From contig CALVTS010000001.1 in assembly GCA_944363035.1 (NCBI GenBank), positions 64,691 through 128,690 on the forward strand: a stretch of DNA of 64,000 nt. Reading direction: 5' to 3'. The position numbers and the translations under genes are program-made. The stretch is from an uncultured Clostridia bacterium. GTDB taxonomy: Bacteria > Bacillota > Clostridia > Christensenellales > CAG-917. The notes beneath the pieces were generated by a model. The model saw only the letters and a program-made list of their open reading frames with translations, was not told where the DNA came from and searched no databases. Below, piece after piece: positions 36,732 to 46,249 of the stretch; position 1 is the stretch's first letter, and each line of letters opens with the position of its first letter.

Positions 36732-36879
36732 AATTGTCCTCACCCAAACGCCTGTTGAAAACGTCGCCATTTGGATGCAGAATGCGAAAGCGCCCCTGTC
36801 GAGAGGCGGAGCTTACTTGATAGTAAGTGAGCATCTACGGCAGGGACGCTGACAAAGTTCTGCGCCAAATGGCGGCGTT

Positions 36880-38697
36880 TTAGGATTTTTTGGATTGCAA
36901 CTTCAACCTCTCACTCCCCGACAACACCAACTTGCGTATGCGCAGATGTTGGGGGGTGACTTCGAGCATTTCGTCGTCGTTGAGGAATTCGAGGGATTCT
37001 TCAAGGCTGAATTTGCGGGGGGTGTTGAGGCGGAGGGCTTCGTCGGAGCCTGCGGCGCGCATATTGGTGACGTGTTTGCGCTTGCAGACGTTGACGCGGA
37101 TGTCTTCGGCTTTGGGAGACATCCCGACCACCATCCCCTCGTACACCATGGTCTGCGGGTCGATGAACAGGGTGCCGCGATCCTGGGCGTTGAAGAGCCC
37201 GTAAGTCGCCGCCTCACCCGTCTCGAACGCAACGAGCGACCCCGTGAATCTGCGCTGGATGGGTCCCTTGTAAGGCGCGTATCCTTCGAAGAGCTGGTTC
37301 ATGACGCCCTCCCCCTTGGTGTCGGTGAGGAACTCGTTCTTGAACCCGAACAGCCCGCGTGAGGGCACGATGAATTCCATCCTTATGCGGCTGCCTTTGG
37401 GCTCCATGGTGACGAGCTCCCCTTTGCGCACTCCCATGCGCCCCATGACCGACCCCACGCACTCCGAGGGGACGTCGATGAACAGCCTCTCCATGGGCTC
37501 GCATTTTTCGCCGTCTATGGTGCGGAAGATGACCTGCGGAGTGCCCACGCCGAATTCGTATCCCTCGCGGCGCATGGTCTCGATGAGGATGCTGAGGTGC
37601 ATCTCTCCCCTGCCGCACACTTTGAAGGTGTCCGGGCTGTCCGTCTGATAGACGCGCAGGGAGACATCCTTCAACAGCTCGCGGAAAAGTCTGTCGCGGA
37701 GTTGTCTGGACGTGACATACTTCCCCTCCTTGCCCGCAAACGGGCTGTCGTTGACGGAGAAGTTCATTTCTATGGTGGGCTCGCCTATCTTGACGAAGGG
37801 GACGGGATCTATCTTGCCGGGGACGCAGAGGGTGTTGCCTATCGTGATGTTCTCAATGCCGCTGAAACACACGATGTCCCCCACTTCCGCCTCCTCGACG
37901 GCGGCGCGCTTCAAGCCCTCGATCTGGAAAAGGGTGACCACCTTGCTCTTGTAGGGCGAGAGCCCGGTATAGTCGCACACCATGACCTCTTCGCCCACCC
38001 CGATCTTGCCGCGCTCTATCTTGCCGATGCCTATGCGCCCGACGTAATCGTTATAGTCTATGGCGGACACAAGCAGTTGCAGATCGCCGTCGGGATCTCC
38101 CTCGGGAGGCTCGATGTAGTCGAGTATGGTCTCGAAAAGCGGAGTGAGATCGGTGCCCGGGACGTTGTAGTCTCGGGTGGCGGTGGCGTTCTTGCCGGAG
38201 CAATAGAGGATGGGGCTCATGAGTTGCTCGTCGTCCGCGCCGAGGTCGAGCAAAAGTTCCAGCACCTCGTCCCCCACCTCAGAAAGTCTGGCGTCGGGAC
38301 GGTCTATCTTGTTGACGACTATGATGATCCTGAGCCCGAGTTCCAACGCCTTTTCCACCACGAATCTGGTCTGAGGCATGGGACCCTCAGCCGCGTCCAC
38401 CAAGAGGATGACCCCGCTCACCATTTTGAGCACGCGCTCCACCTCGCCGGAGAAATCGGCGTGTCCCGGGGTGTCGATGATGTTGATCTTCACTCCCCCC
38501 CAATGCACGGAGGTGTTTTTGGCAAGGATGGTGATGCCGCGCTCGCGTTCGAGCGCGCCGGAATCCATGACGCAGGTCTGCACCTGCTGATTGTCACGGA
38601 AGGTGCCCGACTGACGGAGCATACCGTCCACCAAGGTGGTCTTGCCGTGATCGACGTGAGCGATTATTGCGACGTTTCTGAGGTCATGTCTTATCAT
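36880..38697 (-). CDS. typA: translational GTPase TypA/BipA
   Basis: Trimmed to [31 protein letters not shown]...[16 protein letters not shown]...[10 protein letters not shown]. Confidence 0.95.
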   Translation of the reverse strand: MIRHDLRNVAIIAHVDHGKTTLVDGMLRQSGTFRDNQQVQTCVMDSGALERERGITILAKNTSVHWGGVKINIIDTPGHADFSGEVERVLKMVSGVILLVDAAEGPMPQTRFVVEKALELGLRIIIVVNKIDRPDARLSEVGDEVLELLLDLGADDEQLMSPILYCSGKNATATRDYNVPGTDLTPLFETILDYIEPPEGDPDGDLQLLVSAIDYNDYVGRIGIGKIERGKIGVGEEVMVCDYTGLSPYKSKVVTLFQIEGLKRAAVEEAEVGDIVCFSGIENITIGNTLCVPGKIDPVPFVKIGEPTIEMNFSVNDSPFAGKEGKYVTSRQLRDRLFRELLKDVSLRVYQTDSPDTFKVCGRGEMHLSILIETMRREGYEFGVGTPQVIFRTIDGEKCEPMERLFIDVPSECVGSVMGRMGVRKGELVTMEPKGSRIRMEFIVPSRGLFGFKNEFLTDTKGEGVMNQLFEGYAPYKGPIQRRFTGSLVAFETGEAATYGLFNAQDRGTLFIDPQTMVYEGMVVGMSPKAEDIRVNVCKRKHVTNMRAAGSDEALRLNTPRKFSLEESLEFLNDDEMLEVTPQHLRIRKLVLSGSERLKLQSKKS

Positions 38698-38806
38698 ACT
38701 CTTCCTTCGGCGCGCCTGCGCCACTTTTGCGTTCTTGCGTGCACAAAGTGCACAAATACAATGTTTATTGAGATATTTTCGCGCTTTCAAACGCGGTTTT
38801 TGTCAT

Positions 38807-39964
38807 TCATTCCACATCGCGGGAGAGGACGAAATAGTATTTTTTCTCCTCGTCTGCGAAGCGTCCGGCAAGCTCTTTTTCGATGTCCGAAAGGGTGAGC
38901 TTGCTTTCAAACGGCATCTCCACGTCGAAGATGAGGTTGGTGTGGGTGTTCCCCCTCACCAGCCTGAAATCGTGGAGGGAGAGCCTCTCGTCCATGCCCT
39001 TCAACACCTCGGCGCATTTGGCTTTGAGGCGCAGGGTCTCCTCGTCCTCGTTGTCGATGGGGTCGATGTGGAGGGTGAGCTGTATGCCGAGCTCCTCTTT
39101 CACCTCCCTCTCGATGTTGTCGGCGAGCTCGTGCGCGAACATGATGTCGTCGCGAGCAGGGACTTCGAGGTGCGCCACCGCGAAATATCTTCCCTCGCCG
39201 TAGGAGTGCACTGCAAGGTCGTGCACGCCTATCACTCCGTCATAGGACAGGATCTTCCTTTTGAGGGCGTCCACCACCTCCTCGGGAGGACGCGTGCCAA
39301 TGAGAGGATTTGCCGCTTCCAGGATATATTTGAAGCTGGACAGCACGATGAACAGAGACACCGCGAGCCCGAAATACGCGTCCACGTTCACCCCGGCGGT
39401 GTCCATGACGATGGCGGCAACGAGAACCGCGCCGGTTGCTATCACGTCGTTGCGGCTGTCCGCCGCGGCGGCTTTGAGCGCGCCCGAAGAGATGCTCTTG
39501 GCAAAGTCCAGATAAAGCGCCATCTGCACCAGCTTCATCAATATGGAGACGGAGAGCACCACATACGTCCATACGTCCACGGTCACGGGCTCCGGGGAAA
39601 CTATCTTCTCCACCGAGGACTTGCACAACAGCACGCCCACGATGAGGATGATGACCGCCACCACTAGCGCGCCTATATATTCGTATCTGGCGTGTCCGTA
39701 GGGATGTTCGCGGTCGGCGGGTCTCGAAGCCAGCTTGAATCCCGCCACGGTGACCGCGCTGCTTCCCGCGTCCGAAAGATTGTTGACCGCGTCCGCGATG
39801 ACCGTCACGCTCCCGCCGATGAACCCAACGACGAGTTTGAGCGCGCAGATGACGGCGTTGGAGCATATGCCGAACACACCCGCCGCCACGCCGTAGCGCG
39901 TGCGCACCGCGGGATCACCCGTGGACTCATAGTCCTTGACGAACAGCCGCTTGAACCACTTCAT
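38807..39964 (-). CDS. cation diffusion facilitator (CDF) family transporter
   Basis: MKWFKRLF...IADAVNNLSDAGSS...DREHPYGHARYEY...HLEV...HIDP. The ATG overlaps the upstream small-ORF stop by 1 nt (TTG/GTG alternatives at 39970/39967). Confidence 0.88.
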   Translation of the reverse strand: MKWFKRLFVKDYESTGDPAVRTRYGVAAGVFGICSNAVICALKLVVGFIGGSVTVIADAVNNLSDAGSSAVTVAGFKLASRPADREHPYGHARYEYIGALVVAVIILIVGVLLCKSSVEKIVSPEPVTVDVWTYVVLSVSILMKLVQMALYLDFAKSISSGALKAAAADSRNDVIATGAVLVAAIVMDTAGVNVDAYFGLAVSLFIVLSSFKYILEAANPLIGTRPPEEVVDALKRKILSYDGVIGVHDLAVHSYGEGRYFAVAHLEVPARDDIMFAHELADNIEREVKEELGIQLTLHIDPIDNEDEETLRLKAKCAEVLKGMDERLSLHDFRLVRGNTHTNLIFDVEMPFESKLTLSDIEKELAGRFADEEKKYYFVLSRDVE

Positions 39965-40143
39965 CACCAATCCTCTCTGTGCGAGATCTTCACGTCGTCG
40001 TAAAAATCGAAGTACTTGCGCTTGAACGCCTGAGTCTCCTGCCTTCTGCGTTTGAGCTCCTCCCGCGCCTGTTTGAGCGCCTCGGTGGAGGGCTCTTCGA
40101 CGGGCTCGTTTTGGGGAGTGAGCTTGGTCTTGTCCTCTCTCAT
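39964..40143 (-). CDS. hypothetical small charged protein (59 aa)
   Basis: MREDKTKLTPQNEPVEEPSTEALKQAREELKRRRQETQAFKRKYFDFYDDVKISHREDW. It starts 5 nt after the yhbY stop and its stop overlaps the CDF start. The rest of listed ORF 39964..40344 is the out-of-frame overlap with yhbY. Confidence 0.5.
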   Translation of the reverse strand: MREDKTKLTPQNEPVEEPSTEALKQAREELKRRRQETQAFKRKYFDFYDDVKISHREDW

Positions 40144-40147
40144 GATC

Positions 40148-40441
40148 TCAAAATTCCAAGTGTTTGACGCCCTCTTTGGAACTTCTCCTGAAAAGGACGA
40201 TCTTGTTGCCCACCGCCGCCACTTCCTCGGCGGCGAGCTTCCGAGAAAGGGTGCGCAACACCGCTTTGGGCTCCTCTCCCGCAGTTTTAAGGACGGTGAG
40301 TTTGACGAGCTCGTGCGCGTCGAGCGCCGCCGACACGTCCGCAACGAGATTGTCGTTGACGCCGCCCTTGCCCACCTGAAACCAGGCGGGAAGCCCGTTT
40401 GCCGCCGCGCGAAGCGCCGCCCTCTGTTTGCCGTTCAACAT
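40148..40441 (-). CDS. yhbY: YhbY-family (CRM domain) RNA-binding protein
   Basis: MLNGKQRAALRAAANGLPAWFQVGKGGVNDNLVADVSAALDAHELVKLTVL...VAAVGNKIVLFRRS. Confidence 0.85.
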   Translation of the reverse strand: MLNGKQRAALRAAANGLPAWFQVGKGGVNDNLVADVSAALDAHELVKLTVLKTAGEEPKAVLRTLSRKLAAEEVAAVGNKIVLFRRSSKEGVKHLEF

Positions 40442-40887
40442 CCCGACCTCCTCTCCGCCGCGCCGAGGGAGGGAAAGATACCGCTCTCCTCCACTATGGA
40501 CGCCGCGAGTCCGACAAGTTTTTTGCAATAGGGTTTCATGGAGTTGTGCGTATCCCCGTGCGGATGCGCCGCGACGAGATCGCGGCAGACTATACTGCCC
40601 GCCCTTTCACGGAACTTTTCGGCAAGCTCTCTCTCAAAGGCGTAAAGCTCCTCCTTCTCGGACTTGTCGAGGGTGTCCCACCCTCGGGAAAGCCCCAGGA
40701 GCATCGCCATGCCGCTCACCGCGCCGCACACCTCGCGGAGCCTGCCCATACCTCCTCCGAAAGGCGCCGATATCCTTTCGAGGACGGCGGCGTCCACGCC
40801 CGTGACATCGGCAAACGCCAGCACCACGGACTGCGCGCAGGTATACCCCTCGAAAAACAGCTCTTCCGCTTTTTGCGCTCTTGTCAT
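40435..40887 (-). CDS. C_GCAxxG_C_C family (putative redox-active) protein
   Basis: FFEGYTCAQSVVLAF...FGGGMGRLREVCGAVSG...CRDL...C, matching the C-GCAxxG-C-C cysteine pattern. Confidence 0.8.
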   Translation of the reverse strand: MTRAQKAEELFFEGYTCAQSVVLAFADVTGVDAAVLERISAPFGGGMGRLREVCGAVSGMAMLLGLSRGWDTLDKSEKEELYAFERELAEKFRERAGSIVCRDLVAAHPHGDTHNSMKPYCKKLVGLAASIVEESGIFPSLGAAERRSGC

Positions 40888-41025
40888 ATCCTCTCCTCTC
40901 GCGCGCCTCTGCGTGCACGCGCTCGGAATTATTTCACAATGATATCACATCGCAAAAACAAACGCAACAAAACGAAGGGCACAAAAAAAGGACGTCAGGC
41001 GACGTCCTTTTCCCTCAAAACGGCG

Positions 41026-41892
41026 TCAGTCGGGCTTTTTTTCGATCACCTCTTTTCTGCTCTTTTTCGTGAGGAGGATGGGGTCGGGACGCTTGCCCTC
41101 GTGCACGTCCACCTGGAGATTGGGAGTGAGATATCCCTCCCCTTTCAGGGCGTTGTACACATTCTCGGTCATGCGGTATTTCACCGTCCAGTAATCTTCC
41201 GTGAGAGTGAAACATTTGAGTTGCATCTTGACGCAATTAGTATCCTGACCGCTCATAACGATGCTGTGATCCCTCTCTTTTGACAAAAGCGGCTCTTCTT
41301 CGGCGACGGCGGAGACTATCCTGCGCACCTCGTCGGGGTCGCATCCTTTGTCCACCGCGATGTCAACCACCACTCGCCTGAATTTGCATCCTTCGTAGTT
41401 GATGATGGGGTTGTTGACCGCCTCGGAGTTGGGGACGATGATGACGGTGTCGTCATCCGTTTTCAGGGTGGTGTTGAAGAGGTTTATCTGCGTGATCCTG
41501 CCCTCCTCCCCCGCTATCTCAACGAAATCGTCCTTTTTGAAAGGTTTGTTGAAAATTATCATTATCCCGCTCGCGATGTTGCCGAGGCTGTCCTTCAACG
41601 CGAGACCTATCGCCACGCCGCAGGTGCCTATCACCGCGATGATGGACGCCGTATTGATGCCCATGGTCGCAAGCGCGGTTATGAGCACGACCACTTCCAG
41701 GATTATGTTGACCAAGGACACTATGAAGCTGGACATCGCCTCATCCCTTTTCGCCTTGCGGAGTATCTTTTTCAGCACCAGCTTGATGAGTTTGACGATG
41801 ATGAGCCCTACGATGAGGATGATGAGCCCGTAAAGGATGTTGAGCCCGGCATTCTTGAAAAAGTCCACTATGCCCTTCCAGAATTCTTCCAT
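41026..41892 (-). CDS. mscS: small-conductance mechanosensitive channel (MscS family)
   Basis: Only the C-terminal 288 codons of ORF 41026..43122 are protein-like: MEEFWKGIVDFFKNAGLNILYGLIILIVG...GVAIGLALKDSLGNIASGIMIIFNKPFKKDDFVEI... Confidence 0.88.
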   Translation of the reverse strand: MEEFWKGIVDFFKNAGLNILYGLIILIVGLIIVKLIKLVLKKILRKAKRDEAMSSFIVSLVNIILEVVVLITALATMGINTASIIAVIGTCGVAIGLALKDSLGNIASGIMIIFNKPFKKDDFVEIAGEEGRITQINLFNTTLKTDDDTVIIVPNSEAVNNPIINYEGCKFRRVVVDIAVDKGCDPDEVRRIVSAVAEEEPLLSKERDHSIVMSGQDTNCVKMQLKCFTLTEDYWTVKYRMTENVYNALKGEGYLTPNLQVDVHEGKRPDPILLTKKSRKEVIEKKPD

Positions 41893-42171
41893 ATCGACCT
41901 CGCTTCGGTTTGATGAGGATATTATAACACATCCTGCGCCGAAATCAACCTTGCTACCGCGGGTCGCCGAGAGGGATACGTGCGAAAGCGGCTTGCTTGG
42001 CGCGGGAGTGTATGGTATAATTTTCCTTGCGGACGCGCGCCCCTGTCCGAGCCGCGAAAAGCGCGGGAGAAAAGGCGGCGCGCCCGTCTGTCGTGTTCGG
42101 ACAGCGTCCCGCCGCACCTCAAAAAAAAGAGGAACGCCAAAAAACGCACAACATATTTTCGGAGGCAAAAC

Positions 42172-43131
42172 ATGAAAGTCATCATCCCGAAAGGTTTCAC
42201 CGTAGGCGCCGCCCAGGACGAATTCACGGGAGTCACCGTGATACTCTCCGAAAAGGGCGCGATGGGAGGAGCGGACTGCCGCGGCGGCGCGCCGGGCACC
42301 CGCGAGACGGACCTCCTCCGTCCCGAAAAAATGATGGACAAGGTGAACGCCGTCGTACTCTCGGGCGGCTCGGCATACGGGCTCGCCTCCATGACGGGAG
42401 TGTCCGATTGGCTTGCGGCAAACAACTGCGGATTCAAGTCCATGGGCAAGCTCGTCCCCATCGTGACGGGGGCGGTGCTCTTTGACCTCAACCAAAAGGA
42501 GATACACTACCCTGATGCAAAAATGGGGTTTCAAGCGTGCGAAAACGCAGGTAAGACCCCGTTTTTGGGACAATACGGCGCGGGACGCGGCGCGACGGTG
42601 GGCAAGATACGAGGGTTGAGATACGCCTCGAAATCGGGGGTGGGAGCGTACACCGTCAAGGTGGCGGGAGTCACGGTGACAGCAATAGTCGCCGTCAACG
42701 CGCTGGGGGATGTCTTCGACCCCGAAAAGGGGGTCATAGTCGCGGGCGCGAAAGCGAACGACGGCAGTCTGCTCGACACAGAGAAGCACATCGTCTCGGG
42801 CGGGCTCATGAAACTCTTTATGGGCACCAACACCACGATAGGGTGCATACTCACGGACGCCAAACTCACCAAGCCTGCGGCAAACAAACTCGCCTCGGCT
42901 TCGCATGACGGGCTCGCGCGCGCCATCCGTCCCGTGCACACGGACTACGACGGCGACACGATGTTCTGTCTGGCTTCGGGACACCGCCCGGTGGCGAACA
43001 TCATGCTCTTGCAGACCGCCGCCGCATACGCCGCCGAACGCGCTGTGGTGAACGCGGTGTCCGACTCGGGCTCCCTCACCGTGATATACGACGAGACTGA
43101 CCCCGAGACGGACGTGTGGCAATGCGACTGA
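42172..43131 (+). CDS. P1/DmpA-family (S58) aminopeptidase
   Basis: Trimmed to MKVIIPKGFTVGAAQDEF, preceded by GGAGG. Motifs GVTVILSEKG, GGAPGTRETD, LSGGSAYGL and GTNTTIGCILTDAKL. Confidence 0.85.
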   Translation: MKVIIPKGFTVGAAQDEFTGVTVILSEKGAMGGADCRGGAPGTRETDLLRPEKMMDKVNAVVLSGGSAYGLASMTGVSDWLAANNCGFKSMGKLVPIVTGAVLFDLNQKEIHYPDAKMGFQACENAGKTPFLGQYGAGRGATVGKIRGLRYASKSGVGAYTVKVAGVTVTAIVAVNALGDVFDPEKGVIVAGAKANDGSLLDTEKHIVSGGLMKLFMGTNTTIGCILTDAKLTKPAANKLASASHDGLARAIRPVHTDYDGDTMFCLASGHRPVANIMLLQTAAAYAAERAVVNAVSDSGSLTVIYDETDPETDVWQCD

Positions 43132-43203
43132 CTCCCGAGCGACAGTCCGCGCGACAGGCGCGGCGCGTCATATCCGCCCGAGCGGCAAAAAAGGAATACT
43201 TTA

Positions 43204-43815
43204 ATGGAAATCGCGATAATACTCAATTCCGGCGTGCCGGTCACAAGAAAGATCGACGCCGACAAAGTGATATGCACGGACGGCGGCTATCTGCTCTCCC
43301 CCGTGCGCCCCGACTATCTCGTCGGCGACCTGGACTCTCTCGGCGAGCCGCCCGAGGGGATACCCCTCCTGAAACACGACTCCCACAAAAATTTCACGGA
43401 CGGGGAATCCGCCGTCTATTTCGCAAAGGAGCTGGGCGCGGACTCTGTGACCCTGTACGGCGTGACGGGAGGAAGGTGCGACCATTTTCTTGGAAACCTA
43501 GCAGTCATGGCGCTTGCGATGAAGCTCGGCATGAGGGTGCGCTCCTACGACTCGGACGCCGAGATATACGGCGTCTCGGCTGAGCTGGATCCCGAATTTT
43601 CGATAGAGCTCAAAAAGGGAGAGACTTTCTCCATACTTCCCCACGGCGGTGCCGCCACCGTGACAGAGGCAAAGGGCACGGAATATCCCCTCGACGACCT
43701 CACTCTCACCCCCACGGACACGCGCGGCGTCTCCAATCTCGCCGTCGCCGACAGAGTGAGCTTCCGCGTGACGCGAGGCAGAGTGTTTTTCATCCGCGAT
43801 CTGTATTTCAGGTGA
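43204..43815 (+). CDS. thiN: thiamine pyrophosphokinase
   Basis: ICTDGGY...YLVGDLDSL...HKNFTDGESAV...LYGVTGGRCDHFLGNL, typical TPK motifs, with the C-terminal thiamine-binding domain. Confidence 0.88.
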   Translation: MEIAIILNSGVPVTRKIDADKVICTDGGYLLSPVRPDYLVGDLDSLGEPPEGIPLLKHDSHKNFTDGESAVYFAKELGADSVTLYGVTGGRCDHFLGNLAVMALAMKLGMRVRSYDSDAEIYGVSAELDPEFSIELKKGETFSILPHGGAATVTEAKGTEYPLDDLTLTPTDTRGVSNLAVADRVSFRVTRGRVFFIRDLYFR

Positions 43816-43896
43816 CAGGCGTCGGGGGCGCGGACATCCCTCATCCGCTATATGACGGCTTTGCGAAGGATTTACCGAACAGACGAAAAGGCAGAC

Positions 43897-43926
43897 AAAA
43901 AAGAGCGGCAAGCGCCGCTCTTTTTT
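43897..43926. terminator. bidirectional terminator between thiN and thiT
   Basis: AAAAAA-GAGCGGC-aagc-GCCGCTC-TTTTTT. Confidence 0.85.
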
Positions 43927-43959
43927 GTGATGTAGGAAGGCTTACGCCAAGAAAAAGAC

Positions 43960-45138
43960 TCAGTTTGCCTCTCCGTTCGCCTCGCCGCCCTCTTTGTGAG
44001 AACCGCCGTCGTGGGTGTAGATGTCGTCCTCTTCATCGAGGTCGTCCTCGATCGCCGCGCCCGCGGTGGGCTGAGTGGCGATGTCCATCTGCCTGCGGAA
44101 GGAGGGCGACAGCATGAGCAGTATGCCCGCCGCAAGGTCGATTGCGAGATCCACCACGGTGAAGGAGTTGTACGCCAAAGAGTAATAGAAGAACTGATCC
44201 ACGCCGTATCCCCCGTCTATGGCATACGCGCCGAACGCGAACGTACCGGAGAGGAGGTGGCACAGATAACGCAACACCACGGCGACGGTCGCACCCACGA
44301 CGAATGCCGCTATCTTATTCTTCCTGATGGGCGTGCGTTCGAAGAAGAGACCGCTTGCCGCGATCATACCGAATGCGAGCGGATAATCCAGCATGAACTG
44401 CACGGGGTGGATAATGTAGGTATCTTGAAGTGCTTGCAGGAAGCCGTAAATGAGGCAGACCATCACGCCCCTGCGGGTGCCGAACATCGCGCAGTAGATC
44501 ATGAGGGGCAGGAGGCTTGCGAACGTCACGCTGCCGCCCTGGGGCAGATCCACGAGTTTGACGTAAGAGAGCGCGAAGGACATGGCGATGGCGATCGCGC
44601 CGTAGACCACGGACTTGGTTTCGTTGACTTCCCTCTTCTTGCCGACAAAGTAGATGGCGATGAGCGCGACCAGCATTGCCACGAAGGAAATGATGAGCGC
44701 GGTGTCGTTCATGTAGGGAGAATAATATTCATCGCCCGATATGTTCTCTTTGAAGTAATTCGCCAACACCACCATGAGTGCTATGAGTCCGCCCAACAGC
44801 CCCAGCCCGGTGATGACGGTCGCCACCTTGGTGAGGAACTTGTTGAATACGGACGCAAGCCCCATAAGGCAGCCGCCGCAGAGCGCGATGAGCACGAGCG
44901 CGAGTATCGCCGGGAAGTAAGGCATGAAAGAGTCATCCGCCTCCATCTCGTAGAACGTCGCTGCCGCGAGCAGCGCGGTGGCGGTCAGGGCGACCCCGAT
45001 CAAGGTGCCTATCGCCACTTTGGAAAAGTCTTTGAGCTTTTCTCTGCGGAACTTATACAGCAGTAGCGTGATGATGCCGAACGCCGCTATGAGAGCCACG
45101 ACCGTATAAAGCAACGCAAAGCCCAGTTCTTCCGTCAT
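43960..45138 (-). CDS. thiT: energy-coupled thiamine transporter S component ThiT with a ~170-aa N-terminal membrane extension
   Basis: The C-terminal half (SVVYGAIAIAMSFALSYV...FGTRRGVMVCLIYGFLQAL...LDYPLAFG...LRYLCHLLSGTFAFG) is ThiT-like. A TPP riboswitch lies upstream. The N-terminal half has about 5 extra TM helices, and there is an acidic C-terminal tail. Confidence 0.75.
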   Translation of the reverse strand: MTEELGFALLYTVVALIAAFGIITLLLYKFRREKLKDFSKVAIGTLIGVALTATALLAAATFYEMEADDSFMPYFPAILALVLIALCGGCLMGLASVFNKFLTKVATVITGLGLLGGLIALMVVLANYFKENISGDEYYSPYMNDTALIISFVAMLVALIAIYFVGKKREVNETKSVVYGAIAIAMSFALSYVKLVDLPQGGSVTFASLLPLMIYCAMFGTRRGVMVCLIYGFLQALQDTYIIHPVQFMLDYPLAFGMIAASGLFFERTPIRKNKIAAFVVGATVAVVLRYLCHLLSGTFAFGAYAIDGGYGVDQFFYYSLAYNSFTVVDLAIDLAAGILLMLSPSFRRQMDIATQPTAGAAIEDDLDEEDDIYTHDGGSHKEGGEANGEAN

Positions 45139-45179
45139 AGTTGTATCCTCCGTAAAAAGTATTTTCGTTTTGCGCGGGG

Positions 45180-45310
45180 AATGAAAAACCCCGAACGTAT
45201 GCTCGGGGCGTTCAACAAAGGAATAAGGCTCGTATGCTTCCTTACGCGAGGATTATCTCACAAGTTGAAGGGTATGATCTCAGCCTTTCGGCACCCCTAG
45301 CGCATTTATC
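45180..45310 (-). promoter_or_regulatory. TPP (THI-box) riboswitch with terminator expression platform
   Basis: Minus strand: CUAGGGGUGCCGAAAGGCUGAGAUCAUACCCUUCAACUUGUGAGAUAAUCCUCGCGUAAGGAAG. It is followed by CCCCGAGC-auac-GUUCGGGG-UUUUU, 45 nt before the thiT ATG. Confidence 0.9.
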
Positions 45311-45336
45311 CTATCACCGCCCTCCCCTTCTGTCAA
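45308..45336 (-). promoter_or_regulatory. promoter of the TPP riboswitch-thiT unit
   Basis: Minus strand: TTGACA, 17-nt spacer, TAGGAT, immediately upstream of the aptamer. Confidence 0.6.
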
Positions 45337-45433
45337 GCGTGTTTTCATTCCAAACTCAAATTAATCCGAGACCTTCCGCTCTCTTTTCCTCCTCACTCGC
45401 GCACCCGCATTTTCTCCAAATGTATAAAAATGC

Positions 45434-45462
45434 TTGCATATGCGCGCGCGTTATACTATAAT
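45434..45462 (+). promoter_or_regulatory. promoter of mscL
   Basis: TTGCAT, 17-nt spacer, TATAAT. Confidence 0.65.
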
Positions 45463-45547
45463 TCAACAAGCCTTGCGCGTAGGCACGCGAAAGGCAGATG
45501 ATAACGGGAAGAACAAGAGAAGAACTATCGCTCATGAGGATATCCGA

Positions 45548-46168
45548 ATGAAAAAACTCAAAATGCCCAAGCTCTTCACCGAATTCAAGGAATTCATCAC
45601 CCGCGGCAACGTCATGGGGCTTGCAGTAGGTATGATCATCGGCGCCGCTTTCACGGCGATCGTGAACGCGCTGGTCAACAGCATCCTCAAACCCCTCATC
45701 AACGCCATCCCCATCGGCGACGGCGTGAGCGGACTTGTGACGATGCTGGTTTACAAGGACGCCGCCGGCACCATCCTTACGGGTGATTTCGACCGCGCTC
45801 TCATTGATATGACCAAGTCCGTCTACATCGACTGGGGCGCCTTCATCATGGCGATCATCACCTTCCTGCTCACCGCGCTGGTGCTCTTCTTCATCCTGAA
45901 AGCCATCGCCTCCGCGCAGAAGGGCTTCGGCGGATTGAAGAGCGACATGGAAATGCTCTCCTCCGAAGAGGCGGAAGAGCTCCGCAAACAGGGCAAGAGC
46001 CGCAAGGAGATCAAAGCCATCATGCAGGCTCGCGCCGAGGAAGCCGCGGCAAAAGCGGCGGCGGAAGCGGAAGCCAACAAGCCCGAGACCACGGACGATA
46101 TCCTCAAAGAGATACGCGACCTTCTGCGCGCACAGGCGGCAAGCAAACAGGACGCCGCAAACGAGTGA
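45548..46168 (+). CDS. mscL: large-conductance mechanosensitive channel with extended charged C-terminus
   Basis: MKKLKMPKLFTEFKEFITRGNVMGLAVGMIIGAAFTAIVNALVNSILKPLI (canonical MscL TM1). It has an inserted periplasmic loop and a ~60-aa Ala/Glu/Lys-rich tail. Confidence 0.88.
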   Translation: MKKLKMPKLFTEFKEFITRGNVMGLAVGMIIGAAFTAIVNALVNSILKPLINAIPIGDGVSGLVTMLVYKDAAGTILTGDFDRALIDMTKSVYIDWGAFIMAIITFLLTALVLFFILKAIASAQKGFGGLKSDMEMLSSEEAEELRKQGKSRKEIKAIMQARAEEAAAKAAAEAEANKPETTDDILKEIRDLLRAQAASKQDAANE

Positions 46169-46249
46169 CCTATTTATCTTTTGTACGGAGAGCGTTTTTG
46201 TTGGACAACACGCAAAAATGTGTTAGACTAGCTGTACGGAGACATTCGT

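Noticed and set aside
35512-36852. ORFs listed inside the repeat element (e.g. 35512..35937 -, 35768..36115 +, 36559..36852 +)
   Set aside because: They are R/G/S/P-rich, lack RBSs, and their sequences simply mirror the tandem DNA repeats.
41893-43122. N-terminal 410 codons of ORF 41026..43122
   Set aside because: Only the part from MEEFWKG (41892) is MscS-like. The upstream part is R/G/H-rich and runs antisense through the DmpA-type peptidase gene (42172..43131).
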